Part shown: positions 52,677 through 64,000 of the stretch, one piece after another
Numbering within the stretch: position 1 is the first letter of the stretch
How the letters are laid out: each line of letters opens with the position of its first letter
Assembly (NCBI GenBank): GCA_964016885.1
Contig: OZ024759.1
Location: forward strand, 35,216,001 to 35,280,000
Direction: 5' to 3'
Source: Eledone cirrhosa
Taxonomy: Eukaryota
DNA length: 64,000 bases
Notes under the pieces: model-generated
What the model was told of the DNA's origin: nothing
Databases searched by the model: none
Seen by the model: the letters and a program-made list of their open reading frames with translations, nothing else
Made by a program: the position numbers and the translations under genes

Positions 52677-52876
52677 GCGAAAAGAAATTCACATGCAATG
52701 TATGTCCAAAGCGCTTCATGAGAAGTGACCACCTCAGGAAACATGTAAGCCGGCATTTAAAGAATTCATCTGGTTCCGCTCGTAATTGTAGACCCACCAG
52801 TCCAAACAGCGCATCCGACAGTTCAACACCGACAATTAAATTGACTGGTAACAGTATATCTGTTGTCAGAGCATAA
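52677..52876 (+). CDS. Kruppel-like factor terminal coding exon (zinc finger 3 plus Ser/Thr-rich tail)
   Basis: Polypyrimidine tract and TAG acceptor, [26 protein letters not shown]...VVRA*; RSDELTRH and FMRSDHL are KLF9/13/10-group signatures. Confidence 0.93.
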
Positions 52877-53484
52877 ACCATTTTCGTCCTCTCTTCTCAT
52901 AATATATATAAGTAGATCCCGAGCTACTCAATACATTAGTAGAGTGTAAACATCAAGTTTAATATAGAAATGACTTCTACAGGACTAGAACTATTTCATT
53001 TGTATGAAATCATCACAAATGAAACTGTTCTAGTCCTGTAGAAGCCATTTATATAATATGTATACGTTATGTGTGTGTGTGTGTGTATATATATATTTTA
53101 TATAATATATACACATATCATGGCACCTCTTATCGTCTGTCTTCACTCTCTCTCTCTCTCTACATATATATGTATATAATGTGTGTATAATTTAAAATTA
53201 GGCTGTGTTACAATAATATAAAAAAAAAAAATCATGTGGGAGAAATATAGGAAACACAAAAGTCACAAAGACAATTCTCACTCATCAGCTGTCTTCTGGA
53301 GATCATTATAGTTTCAAATGCTTTATAAGACAGGACTATTCACCACAAGTGCATCAATAGCTATTCAGGAAGAAAACATGATGTATATATATAACGAGAG
53401 AGAGAGAGAGAATTGGGTCATGTAATGCCCTGCTTTCTAAATAGGTTTTCTACTACTGCTGTTCTTGGTTCTATTGACCACACA

Positions 53485-53535
<51 letters not shown>

Positions 53536-53602
53536 TCATTTTATTAAGGTTAAATAGTGTCTTGTTACTCTGGAGTAGTGCCTACTTTTTACAGGGTCAT
53601 TA

Positions 53603-53660
53603 TCTTGTCTGATGACCCTGTGATAAACAGACAAAACTCCAGGGTAACAGTAACAAAACT
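53603..53660 (+). ncRNA. Decayed hammerhead motif (second copy ~60867-60918)
   Basis: TCTTGT-CTGATGA-CCCTGTGATAAACAGAC-aAAA-CTCCAG(A/G)G-TA-ACA; GAAA is AAAA in both copies; the inverted partial copy at ~53558 gives helix I partner ACAAGA. Confidence 0.5.
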
Positions 53661-54947
53661 CACTATTTAGCCTTAATAAAATCAATATTAAAACTCTACT
53701 TCAGTATTGAGTACTCTTTTCACTCAGCCATCAACCACACACGGATATATATATATATAATAATAATAATAGTAACTACTGATGAACATTAAAATGAAGT
53801 GCTACTCAGGACGTCAATTATTCAAACACTCAAGACTTACTGTTCCACTCAAGACCTCACTCAGATGCCTACCTCCACTCAAAAACTCTACAATTTTGAT
53901 TCTTCTCAATTGTTCGATAACAATAAAACCTGTTCCTCTCTCAAATAAAAACCATTTCAGTCGCACCATTGGGTGGTATGTGTCGAATGGACTTTGCCAG
54001 TCCTGCTGTGAGTGTATGTATGTATTTATATGTTTGTATGTGTTTATATGTTTCATCATCATCAGCATCGTTTAACGTCTATCTTCCACGCTAGCATGGG
54101 TTGCCCTATTTCAGGCAAGTCAAGGTCAGATGACCATGTCTTGCTGGATGCCTTTCCTAATGCCAACATATATGTTTATATGTGTGTATGTATGTATATA
54201 TGTGTTTATATGTGTGTATGTATGTATATATGTGTTTATATGTGTGTAGAAAGAGACAGAGGCTGGGTGTGGTGGAAATTCTTTGAAAGGAATTAATGTA
54301 ATAATAATGAAATAATTGTGTAGTGCTCAGGTGCACTACAACTCATCAAAGGGGGCATGTCTAGTACATAGAATAATGTACAAATGTCAAGAAAGTGAAC
54401 AGTCAAAAGATACACACAAGATACACCCACATGTGTGTGTATGGAGGGGGAATATCAGGTGTAGTGTTGGTGCATTTCAGTAAGCATGGAAGTAGAAACT
54501 GTACAATTGTGTGTGGCTGATCTGTGGAAGGAAAAAGATGTTGGTTGTTTCTAAGTTGTAACTATTGTGTTCTACACAATAAATATGCATCTCTTGAGCA
54601 ATGAAAATGGTAAAAAGTAGCTTTTATATTCTTGTTTTTTTTTTAATTATTATTATCATTATGAGGAATCCATCTTTTAAAACATTCCAGTTTATTCCAA
54701 AAAGAAAAAAAATATTTTTTTTTTGCTGTAAGTCGAAAATGAATATTGAGTGGCTTTATATATATATATGTATATATATATGTATGTATATATATATGTA
54801 TATATATATGTATATATATATGTATATATGTATGTATGTATATGTGTAAAATTCTGTTATAACAAATACCATTATAATGAATTTTTCAGTAAACAAAATG
54901 TTTTCAATCTCTGGCCACAAGCTCGATGTGTTGGGTCAATTTCACTA

Positions 54948-55023
<76 letters not shown>

Positions 55024-55308
55024 TATTCTTACTAGCGTTGGTCCTTAACAGTAAAATACGCCCTTGTCATTCCACTATTATTATAAATTCCTTTTTTTTT
55101 TCCCGTTTCAGATTTTCTTTCTTTTTCATTAACATCCATAAAAATCTTTCTCTTAATGAAAGTACAGAGTTAGTAGTTATGTTGATATGCACTTCATTGC
55201 ACCATTGATAGAAATATATATATATATGCACACATATATAAATATATATTACTGGAATTCTATAAGAATCCAGCTTCTATAATTTTCGGCAGAAGCAGTG
55301 GAGTGCGT

Positions 55309-55350
55309 GGCTCTGATGAACGCCAACCAGCGTGAAACAGACTGTCAGCT
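55309..55350 (+). ncRNA. Intact minimal type I hammerhead ribozyme motif
   Basis: GGCT-CTGATGA-ACGC(CAACCA)GCGT-GAAA-CAG(A)CTG-TC-AGCT; full core, GUC triplet; outer pairing TTTTCGGC/GCCGAAAA. Confidence 0.8.
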
Positions 55351-56019
55351 TCTCTCCCTTCCTTCGCCGAAAAGAAGTAAGTGACATAGTCACTACTTTA
55401 AAACTGATAGTGTATGGTCTTCTGAATGTTTTTAATTAAACATACGGTATATTGCCAAATATACTATACATATATTTATATATTTCTACTTAACGAGTCT
55501 CCCACACTCTGTTCTCTGGGAGGGGGGTAATTATTAAACTGTGATATTTCAGACTTGTATACCTTATTTCAGGTGATTTCTCTCTAAATAGGAAAAAAAA
55601 AAAGATCTGACACCCCTACACCCAACACCTCTATCTACCATCTACTCCTGCTCCCACCCCCAAATAAAATAACACTGCCCCAGCATAGCCTCAGCCTGTC
55701 AGCTGGAACACCATGTTAGTGTAACAATGATGCTGCCCCAGCATGGCCTCAGCTGGGACACTTACTAGAGTAATATAGATTTATATAACAGAAAGCAATA
55801 GCTATTGTTTTGTAAAGTTTACACAATATAAACTTCTGGTATACACACTATATGCCCGTGGTATACACACTATATGCCTGTGGTATACCCACTTTATACC
55901 TGTGGTATACACTCTATATACCTGTGGTATACACACTATATGCCCCATGGTATACACATTATGTACCCATGGTTTCAAGAAGTGGTGCTTGGTCCTTGGT
56001 ACTTTTACCAGAAGCCACT

Positions 56020-56385
56020 TTACTTAACCCCACCACCTGGTCCTTCAGTACCTTTATCAGAGGCCACACTGTTTAACCCCACCACCTGGTTCTTGGGTAC
56101 CTTTAGCAGAGGCCACACTGTTTAACCCCACCGCCTGGTCCTTGAGTACTTTTATCAGAGGCCACACTGTTTAACCCCACTACCTGGTTCTTGGGTACCT
56201 TTAGCAGGGGCCACACTGTTTAACCCCACCACCTAGTCCTTGGGTACCTTTAGCAGAGGCCACACTGTTTAACCCCACCACCTGGTCCTTGGGTACCTTT
56301 AGCAGGGGCCACACTGTTTAACCCCACCACCTGGTCCTTGGGTACCTTTAGCAGGGGCCACACTGTTTAACACCACCACCCATCT
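56020..56385. repeat. 49-bp minisatellite GGCCACACTGTTTAACCCCACCACCTGGTCCTTGGGTACCTTTAGCAGA
   Basis: About 7 direct units. Confidence 0.9.
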
Positions 56386-56640
56386 AGTCCTTGGGTGTCT
56401 GGCACCTTGTAGGGTTAAACCCATAATAACTGCAGATTTAACCGTTCAATGGCCTGCAGTCCTGTCCAAAAGTAAGGGAAGGGGTCTTCCACTCTCGGTC
56501 TCAAGGAAACCAGGATAACACTGGCCGAGCCTCTGGACCTGAGACAGTTTTTTTTTTTTTAGATTCTTAGATTCGTTTTAGTTAGTTTTTTTTTGTAGAT
56601 TTGTGTAAAAATAAAAAATAAAACCAAAATAAAAAATAAA

Positions 56641-56671
<31 letters not shown>

Positions 56672-58135
56672 AAATAAAAACATTTCTATATAAAATGGAG
56701 ATTTTTATCATGTATTGGTGCTATTTCTAAACTTTAATAATAATCATCAATTTTATATAACATGAAATTTTTTTTTTTAAATCACTGAATTTTTATAATA
56801 AAGATAAGTGACTTACACCAGTAAACATTTAAAAATCTAATAATAATAATAATTCTAATACTTCTTTCCTTTGCCAATGTTTCTCTCTCTCTCTCCCTCT
56901 CTCTCCACAGTTAAATAACACAAATATACACATATATATATACACACATACATACAGGGTTTTGTTTTTGTCTTCTCGGAGCCAAAGAAAATAAAAACCA
57001 TGTTATGTGTTGTGTTTATATTGAATTTATCTGTTGGGAACTTTCTAGAAAGGTTGTGATCTTCTCCATCTACTAAGAAACACTGGCTAAATACACACAC
57101 ACACATATATATATATATACACACACACACGTGTGTGTGTCCAACCCTTGCTGACAATAAATGGATGTTGAATATATATATACATACATACACACATATA
57201 TGTGTATATACTCATACACACATGCATATATATATATATATATATATACACATATCTATACACATTTTTTCCTTGTATTTAATAAACTGATTTTAACTTA
57301 ATATTTTCTAATATAATAATGTTAAATATTTGAATAACCCAAAATAAACTGGAACTGTCTTTACTCTCTAACCCAGGTCCCTTTTTAATCCTTCCAACAT
57401 AATTCCCCTTCCCTCACACAATAGGTGTGCAAATTAACATTATCAGTCAAGCACACCTGTAACAACCACATTTCAATAATCTCTAGTCATATAAATATAT
57501 ACACATGTATGTATATTATCCTCTACATTCAATGTCCAATATTTTGGTTGTGTTGGCTGAGGTTTAAATATTTTACTCTGAAATCTGTTGCCTTAACGCC
57601 GTCTGATGTTGAAGTTCCTTTTTGAAAAGTTTATTCTGATTAACATTACCATATATGCCTTGAACAGAGTCCATTTTGTTGTCCCTGCGTACTAGTTCTT
57701 AATCAACCATCTGGAGTCCATGCTGTGGTACCTGGGTGGTTGACTTAATTTAACACAGTTTAACACCACCATCATCTGGACATTGGATGTCTTTAGCAGT
57801 GTCCACTCACTGGTACTGGGGTGATGGACTTGTAACACTGCCAACACCATCTGGACATTGGATGTTGCTATCATTCGAACCATACCTTTGGTTCAAGAAT
57901 TCACCATCTTCCTCCCTCTCGCCAGTCACAGACTCGAAAAAGTGTCTTTCACACAGTTTCCTTCACCGACCAAATACCAATATATATATATATATATATA
58001 TTTTCTCTATATATATATAACATATTTATTTTTCATCTCCACACCCTCTCCTTTAAATAATTAAATTTCTTCCACATGATTCGACTTGAGGGTCGTGGGG
58101 GGGCTGTTCCAGTTTATTTGGCATGAATGTATGTA

Positions 58136-58203
<68 letters not shown>

Positions 58204-58477
58204 AGGGTGTTTTTTTAAAATTCTAATATTTAGTTTGCAACAGTTAAATAGATGTATGAATATATGTAGCATGTGTTATTAATGTGTTAAAATTCATTGT
58301 TAAATTCATTTTCCTATTAATAAAATTTCATTTTTTCATTAAATCTTGTTATATTTGTTATTTAATTACATGTATACATTTGCATCTCGTTCAATCTGAT
58401 CCCAGACCTCATTTGCTTACCGATATATCTATATATTAGAAAATGTGTGAGATCCTTGGTACAGTTAGGTATATTTG

Positions 58478-58713
58478 AAAAAAAGGAAAAGAATGACTTC
58501 ACTTGTAGTTCTAAATAATTTGATTTAATTTTATATTATAATATTATGAGTTTGACAATCGCCACCGATGATTGCAAGAAAGTTCTCCAAGCAAGTTTAA
58601 AATTCTTCCCACCGAAGTTAACAAAGAACTTACTAGATCTACCAACTCATTATAATATAAAATTAAATCAAATTATTTAGAACTACAAGTGAAGTCAAGC
58701 TTTTCCTTTTTTT
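58478..58713. repeat. Inverted repeat, ~65-bp arms
   Basis: TGACTTCACTTGTAGTTCTAAATAATTTGATTTAATTTTATATTATAAT mirrored at ~58649-58697. Confidence 0.8.
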
Positions 58714-58783
58714 CATATATATATATATCTGGGGCAACCACAGTAAGGTATTCAATACATCAGTTGAGTATATTTCGTAAAGT

Positions 58784-59043
58784 TTAACTCTTTAACATTT
58801 ACATTACTCTATATATACTATTGTATTTTCACAGTAAAGGCTTTACCTCACATAATATCTCACATAACATTTACATTACTCTATATTTACTATTGTATGT
58901 TAACAGTAAAGGCTTTATCTTACATAATATCGAATCTGAGGTTTTGATGTTATTTATTTTGAGAACAATACCTTAATGTAGGTGTGAACAGCCAGAGGTG
59001 AGAGTTCTGGCCGGATATGGCCAGTTTAAATGCTAAAGGTTAA
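58784..59043. mobile_element. piggyBac-type MITE nested at a TTAA inside a family-1 hammerhead element
   Basis: TTAA on both sides; the host element continues on either flank. Confidence 0.65.
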
Positions 59044-59208
59044 AATAGAAATGGCTTCTACAGGACTTATGATTTCCTTCTAGTCCTGTAGAAGCCATTT
59101 CTATATTAAACTTTGTAAATATATATGTTTATCCCGGGTCCAATCGGGGGTAACCACAGTAAGTAAGGTACTCAATACAAAGCAGAGTATATATATTTAA
59201 TATAGAAA

Positions 59209-59304
59209 GGCTTCTACAGGACTAGAACTGTTTCATTCGGTAGAAATCATCAGGAAGCCCTGATGATTTCTACTGAATGAAACAGTTCTAGTCCTGTAGA
59301 AGCC
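59209..59304. ncRNA. Head-to-head pair of family-1 hammerhead motifs (best-preserved copy, minus 59209-59259)
   Basis: GGCTTC-CTGATGA-TTTCTACCGAAT-GAAA-CAG(TTCTAGTC)CTG-TA-GAAGCC; partial copies at ~47567, ~50021, ~52972, ~59052, ~62143. Confidence 0.78.
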
Positions 59305-59599
59305 TTTCAATATATATATATTACAATCCTTGCTTTGTCAATAATGTAAGAGCATATATAAAAGTGCCCGGGGGAGGGGTTGTTGTGATGGGTGGCATTT
59401 CAAAGCTGATCCCTACCAAACCACAGCACAACTGATTTCTCCCAGAGAATGTGATACAGGAAGAACCCCCACCTAATCGACCTTGAAAGACAAAAAGGGT
59501 TTGACCTCTGCCAGATTTTAACTGAGAGTGCAGTGAGCCAAGGAGAATTTACATCCAAGACAGACTAACTGCTTTAGGGACATAGATCCCAGTTACCAT

Positions 59600-60365
59600 T
59601 ACCATAACACCACCACCACCACCAATATAACAGCCACTACCACCACCACAGTCACTAGCTCCACCACCACTTCAATCACCATCACCACCACCACCACCAC
59701 AGTAACTAGCTCCACTACCACCACCATCAGTCACTAGCTCCACCACCACCACAATCACCATCACAGTCACCACCAATATAACAGCCATTACCACCATCAC
59801 TAGCTCCACCACCACCACCAATATAACAGCCACTACCACCACCACAGCCACCACCACCACCACCACAATCACCACCAATATAACAGCCACCACCACCACC
59901 ACAGTCACTAGCTCCACCACCACCACAATCACCACCAATATAACAGCCACCACCACCACCACAGTCACTAGCTCCACCACCACCACCACCACCACCAATA
60001 TAACAGCCACTACCACCACCACAGCCACCACCACCACCACAGTCACTAGCTCCACCACCACCACAATCACCACCACCACAGTCACCATCACCACCAGTCA
60101 CTAGCTCCACCACCACCAATATAACAGCCACTACCACCACCACAGCCACCACCACCACCACCACCACAATCACCACCACCACCACAGCCACCACCACCAC
60201 CACAGTCACTAGCTCCACCACCACCACAATCACCACCAATATAACAGCCACCACCACCACCACAGTCACTAGCTCCACCACCACCACAATCACCACCAAT
60301 ATAACAGCCACAATCACCACCAATATAACAGCCACCACCACCACCACAGTCACTAGCTCCACCAT
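59600..60365. repeat. CAC-rich compound minisatellite
   Basis: Repeated CACCACCAATATAACAGC and CAGTCACTAGCTCCACC modules. Confidence 0.9.
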
Positions 60366-60744
60366 TAAACATGGCCTGTTGCCAACTTTCCTCAACCAAA
60401 CGTTGTTACTATTACAACACTATTATGTTACGTATTATATAGAGGAACTCTCGGAATGAGACTACATTTTACTGGGGGAGTCACACACACACACATATAT
60501 ATATATACACACCCACACACACATATACACAAACATATATATACACACATATATATATACACACGCACATGTATATATAAATATTTACATATTTATCTAT
60601 TTATGTGTGTTGTCTTATGACCCAGTGAGTATTCACAAGAAACTCCAAAATGAAACTAACATGGTCTTAATAAAGAATATACACACACTATATATACATA
60701 TATAGCATGGCAGGAACAGGTAAAAGAGTATATATACATATATA

Positions 60745-60845
60745 CAGGGTGTCCCCCAAAAATGTATATATACTTCAACGATATTTTAATAAATATTGCC
60801 TGTACAGGTAATCAAAGTGTGTTTACATTTTGGGGGGACACTCTG
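60745..60845. mobile_element. Tc1/mariner-type MITE (~100 bp)
   Basis: TA-CAGGGTGTCCCCCAAAAATGTA ... TACATTTTGGGGGGACACTCTG terminal inverted repeats. Confidence 0.65.
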
Positions 60846-61309
60846 TGTGTGTTTATATTCGGTCATCTTCTGTCTGATGACCCTGAGATAACCAGCCAAA
60901 ACTCCAGAGTACCAAGACTCACTATTTAGCCTTAATAAAATGAATATATATATTGTCTTGCCAGCTAAGTGGACTGGAGCAATGTGAAATAAAATGTCTT
61001 GCTCAACGAAACAATAAAACCGCGAGATTGTCCTCAAAACAGTCAGGAATCTGTTAGCGAAATAAAGTTTTACAAAGGATGCTGTTGTATTTGAGATTAT
61101 ATCCAACAGCTGGAACTGAAACCGGGTCCCAGATTTAGTAGCGACACATCTCATTTGAACTGTTAAACTGTTGTTATAGCAAGGGCAATGGTGAGATATT
61201 AGGGGTATACTTGGGACTATGGTAAGATATTTGTATCGCCAGGGTTGTGGTAAATACTAACGGTCATTGGCACGGGTCTCTAGATGACGCATCTTTAGTC
61301 AAGATGAGA

Positions 61310-61650
61310 CATCTGGTCTCTAGATGACACATCTGGAGTCTAGATTACAGACTTAGCGTTGAGCCAGGGAACACGTTACACATCTAGACTACACATAATA
61401 TCTGGAGGTCACAAAACACATCTGGTGTACACAACACACATTTGCAGTACACAAAACACATCTGGAGTACACCAAACTCATCTGGAGTACACAAAACTCA
61501 TCTGGAGTACACAAAACACATCTGGAGAACACATAACTCATCTGGAGTACACACAACTCACCTGGAGAACACATAACTCATCTGGAGTACACCAAACTCA
61601 TCTGGAGTACACAAAACATATTTAGACTACATCTAACACATCTGGAGTTT
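61310..61650. repeat. 20-bp minisatellite CATCTGGAGTACACAAAACT
   Basis: Direct tandem units. Confidence 0.9.
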
Positions 61651-62759
61651 ATATAACATATTTAGGAGGCATTGCAACAAATTACCGGTTCCATTATAAG
61701 AGAGAGAGAATATGTTGGTGGGGGGGATATGTGGGTGGTGCAGGAGTCATAGAGTAGGAGGAGAGAGAATGTGGGAGTGGGTGGAGTGGTTCAAACTAAG
61801 TAGAGTTTTAGGTTCTTTATGTAGGAGAGAGAAATATGTTTTTTTTTGGGGGGGGGGGGGGGGGGGGGGGTAGAGAGGAATTTGGCACTGGTATTAGAAA
61901 GGGGTTGGTAATTATAAATATATAGGTAAGTAGATAGATAGACATACCAACAAGTAGATACACACCCCTCTCTCTCTATATATATATATACACACATATA
62001 TTTGTGAAATAGGGTGTTTCCTAATTGGTAGCTGGGGCCGTGATTGCATCGCTCCAACCAACAAAACCTTGGTGCAATAAGAAAAAAGCATTCAGCGTTA
62101 TGTTTGTTTTATCAATTTTCATATGATATGGTATCGCACGGCAGCTTCTACAGGACTAGAACTGTTTCTTTCGTATGAAATCATCAGGAATGATTTCATA
62201 TGAAAGAAACAGGCTGAAGAGGGCAGACTGTCAAACTATCGGTTGCTCTCTGCTAGGTTGAAACTCTTTATTTATTGATTTAAAACGAAACTGATTTTCA
62301 TGTCATTCATTAACCTATAGATGTGTATGGTTACACTGAATATGAAATCAATTCCAACAGGAATTGCTGCTGGCAATCAAACCGAAAAGATGCAAATTAC
62401 TTACTTGTATAATCCTTGATCCAGTCGCAGTAAACACCGGAGAACCATAAAATGTTGTCGTTGTTCCAGCGCCGTGTTTTCCCATGTATATCCTTCTGTT
62501 GGTATAATAACATAGTCACTATAATTGTCACTAACAACCCAAATATTTAGGAACAAAATAATAATAAAATAATTGTTTCTACTTTTGGCACAAGGCCAGC
62601 AATTACCCAGTGCATTACTGGTACTTTATTTTATCAACCCCATAAGGATGAAAGGCAAGGGCCGTAACTCTGCGTCAAAGCATGGCATCAGACCCACTAC
62701 TGATACTGCCAATCCACCGCCCTTGTTCATTTAAAAATAATGGAAAAAATTGGAAAGCC

Positions 62760-62790
<31 letters not shown>

Positions 62791-62964
62791 TTGTGCGTGT
62801 GTATAGCTCAGCCGTCACAGGGTCCTGACTCTTTTCATATATATATGTATATATATATATCCAGAGTCGGGCTAGATCAATACAGATCAAATCTTGAGCT
62901 GATCAATCGCGAAACGCGCGTCACACCTGAATAAACGTAATGAATATTTGATACCTCATCCATG

Positions 62965-62965
<1 letters not shown>

Positions 62966-63036
<71 letters not shown>

Positions 63037-63038
63037 AG

Positions 63039-63084
<46 letters not shown>

Positions 63085-63086
63085 AG

Positions 63087-63118
<32 letters not shown>

Positions 63119-63119
63119 A

Positions 63120-63166
<47 letters not shown>

Positions 63167-63168
63167 AG

Positions 63169-63205
<37 letters not shown>

Positions 63206-63266
63206 GTATATATATATATATATAGAGAGAGAGAAGTATATATATATATAAAGAGAGAGAGAAGTG

Positions 63267-63301
<35 letters not shown>

Positions 63302-63307
63302 TGAGAG

Positions 63308-63350
<43 letters not shown>
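62966..63350. repeat. Compound (TA)n(GA)n-AG microsatellite array
   Basis: Seen directly. Confidence 0.9.
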
Positions 63351-63352
<2 letters not shown>

Positions 63353-63761
63353 TAAGACTGAATAAACCATGTGATCAGGAGAAAACCCTGTTGGACTCCC
63401 TCTAAAAATATCTGAAGACGTCGATCTGTAAGTTATAGTTTGTTAATCTTGTAATACAATACTGGTTTACAACTTGAAACCCCATCAAGTAGACAGGATC
63501 AAAGGAGTCGTTCCAGCCGAGACCATCCTGTAGCAGGTTTTTGGTTTTTGGAGATATTCATCTTTTTACTTAATATATATATATGTGTGTGTATGTTTAT
63601 AATACACCATAACATCGTCATATATATATATATATATATAATATATGACGATGTTATGGTGTAATCTGAGAGAGATTGATGGGGTGGAGAGGGGTAGAGG
63701 CAGAGTGAGAGAGGAGAGAAGGGTATATATATGTATATGTATATATATATGTATATATATG

Positions 63762-63794
<33 letters not shown>

Positions 63795-63795
63795 G

Positions 63796-63826
<31 letters not shown>

Positions 63827-63886
63827 GTAAATGTATATATATATATATAAATGTATATATATATATAAATGTATATATATATATAA

Positions 63887-63937
<51 letters not shown>

Positions 63938-64000
63938 GTATAATAAACAACACAGTATAATTACCTCATTACCCGAGGTTTCTCGAACAGGACGAACACA

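Noticed and set aside
58560-63430. Further CTGANGA-like words (58565, 62215, 63413) as hammerheads
   Set aside because: No convincing helix I/III or GAAA..UH arrangement could be built

Overview
Eukaryotic, AT-rich, microsatellite-dense genomic DNA. Repeat content and SINE style suggest an octopod cephalopod, which is an inference. The only clearly recognisable host gene is the last two exons of a KLF9/13-like Kruppel-like factor (51782-51871 and 52677-52876, +). Almost all supplied ORFs are microsatellite or minisatellite artefacts. Two non-coding architectures stand out. (1) A 19-kb structure (7905-27062) holds four ~4.3-kb copies of one unit in alternating orientation, forming two giant palindromes. 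Their centres are the same GC-rich, imperfect 37-bp hairpin in exactly opposite (flip/flop) orientation, surrounded by nested hairpins and repeated dyad motifs. The arms are mosaics of one another, one arm alone carries an RTE LINE with a target-site duplication, and each unit may hold a small spliced orphan gene. (2) At least 15 intact or decayed type I hammerhead-ribozyme motifs from about six families are scattered through the window, mostly inside short inverted repeats typical of Penelope-like element termini. They include one with a ~100-nt stem II insert and an intact sense-strand one downstream of the KLF stop codon. The rest is retroelement fragments (RTE, CRE, R4/Dong-like, L1/Tx1-like, Gypsy-like), SINEs, MITEs, minisatellites and a 200-N gap.
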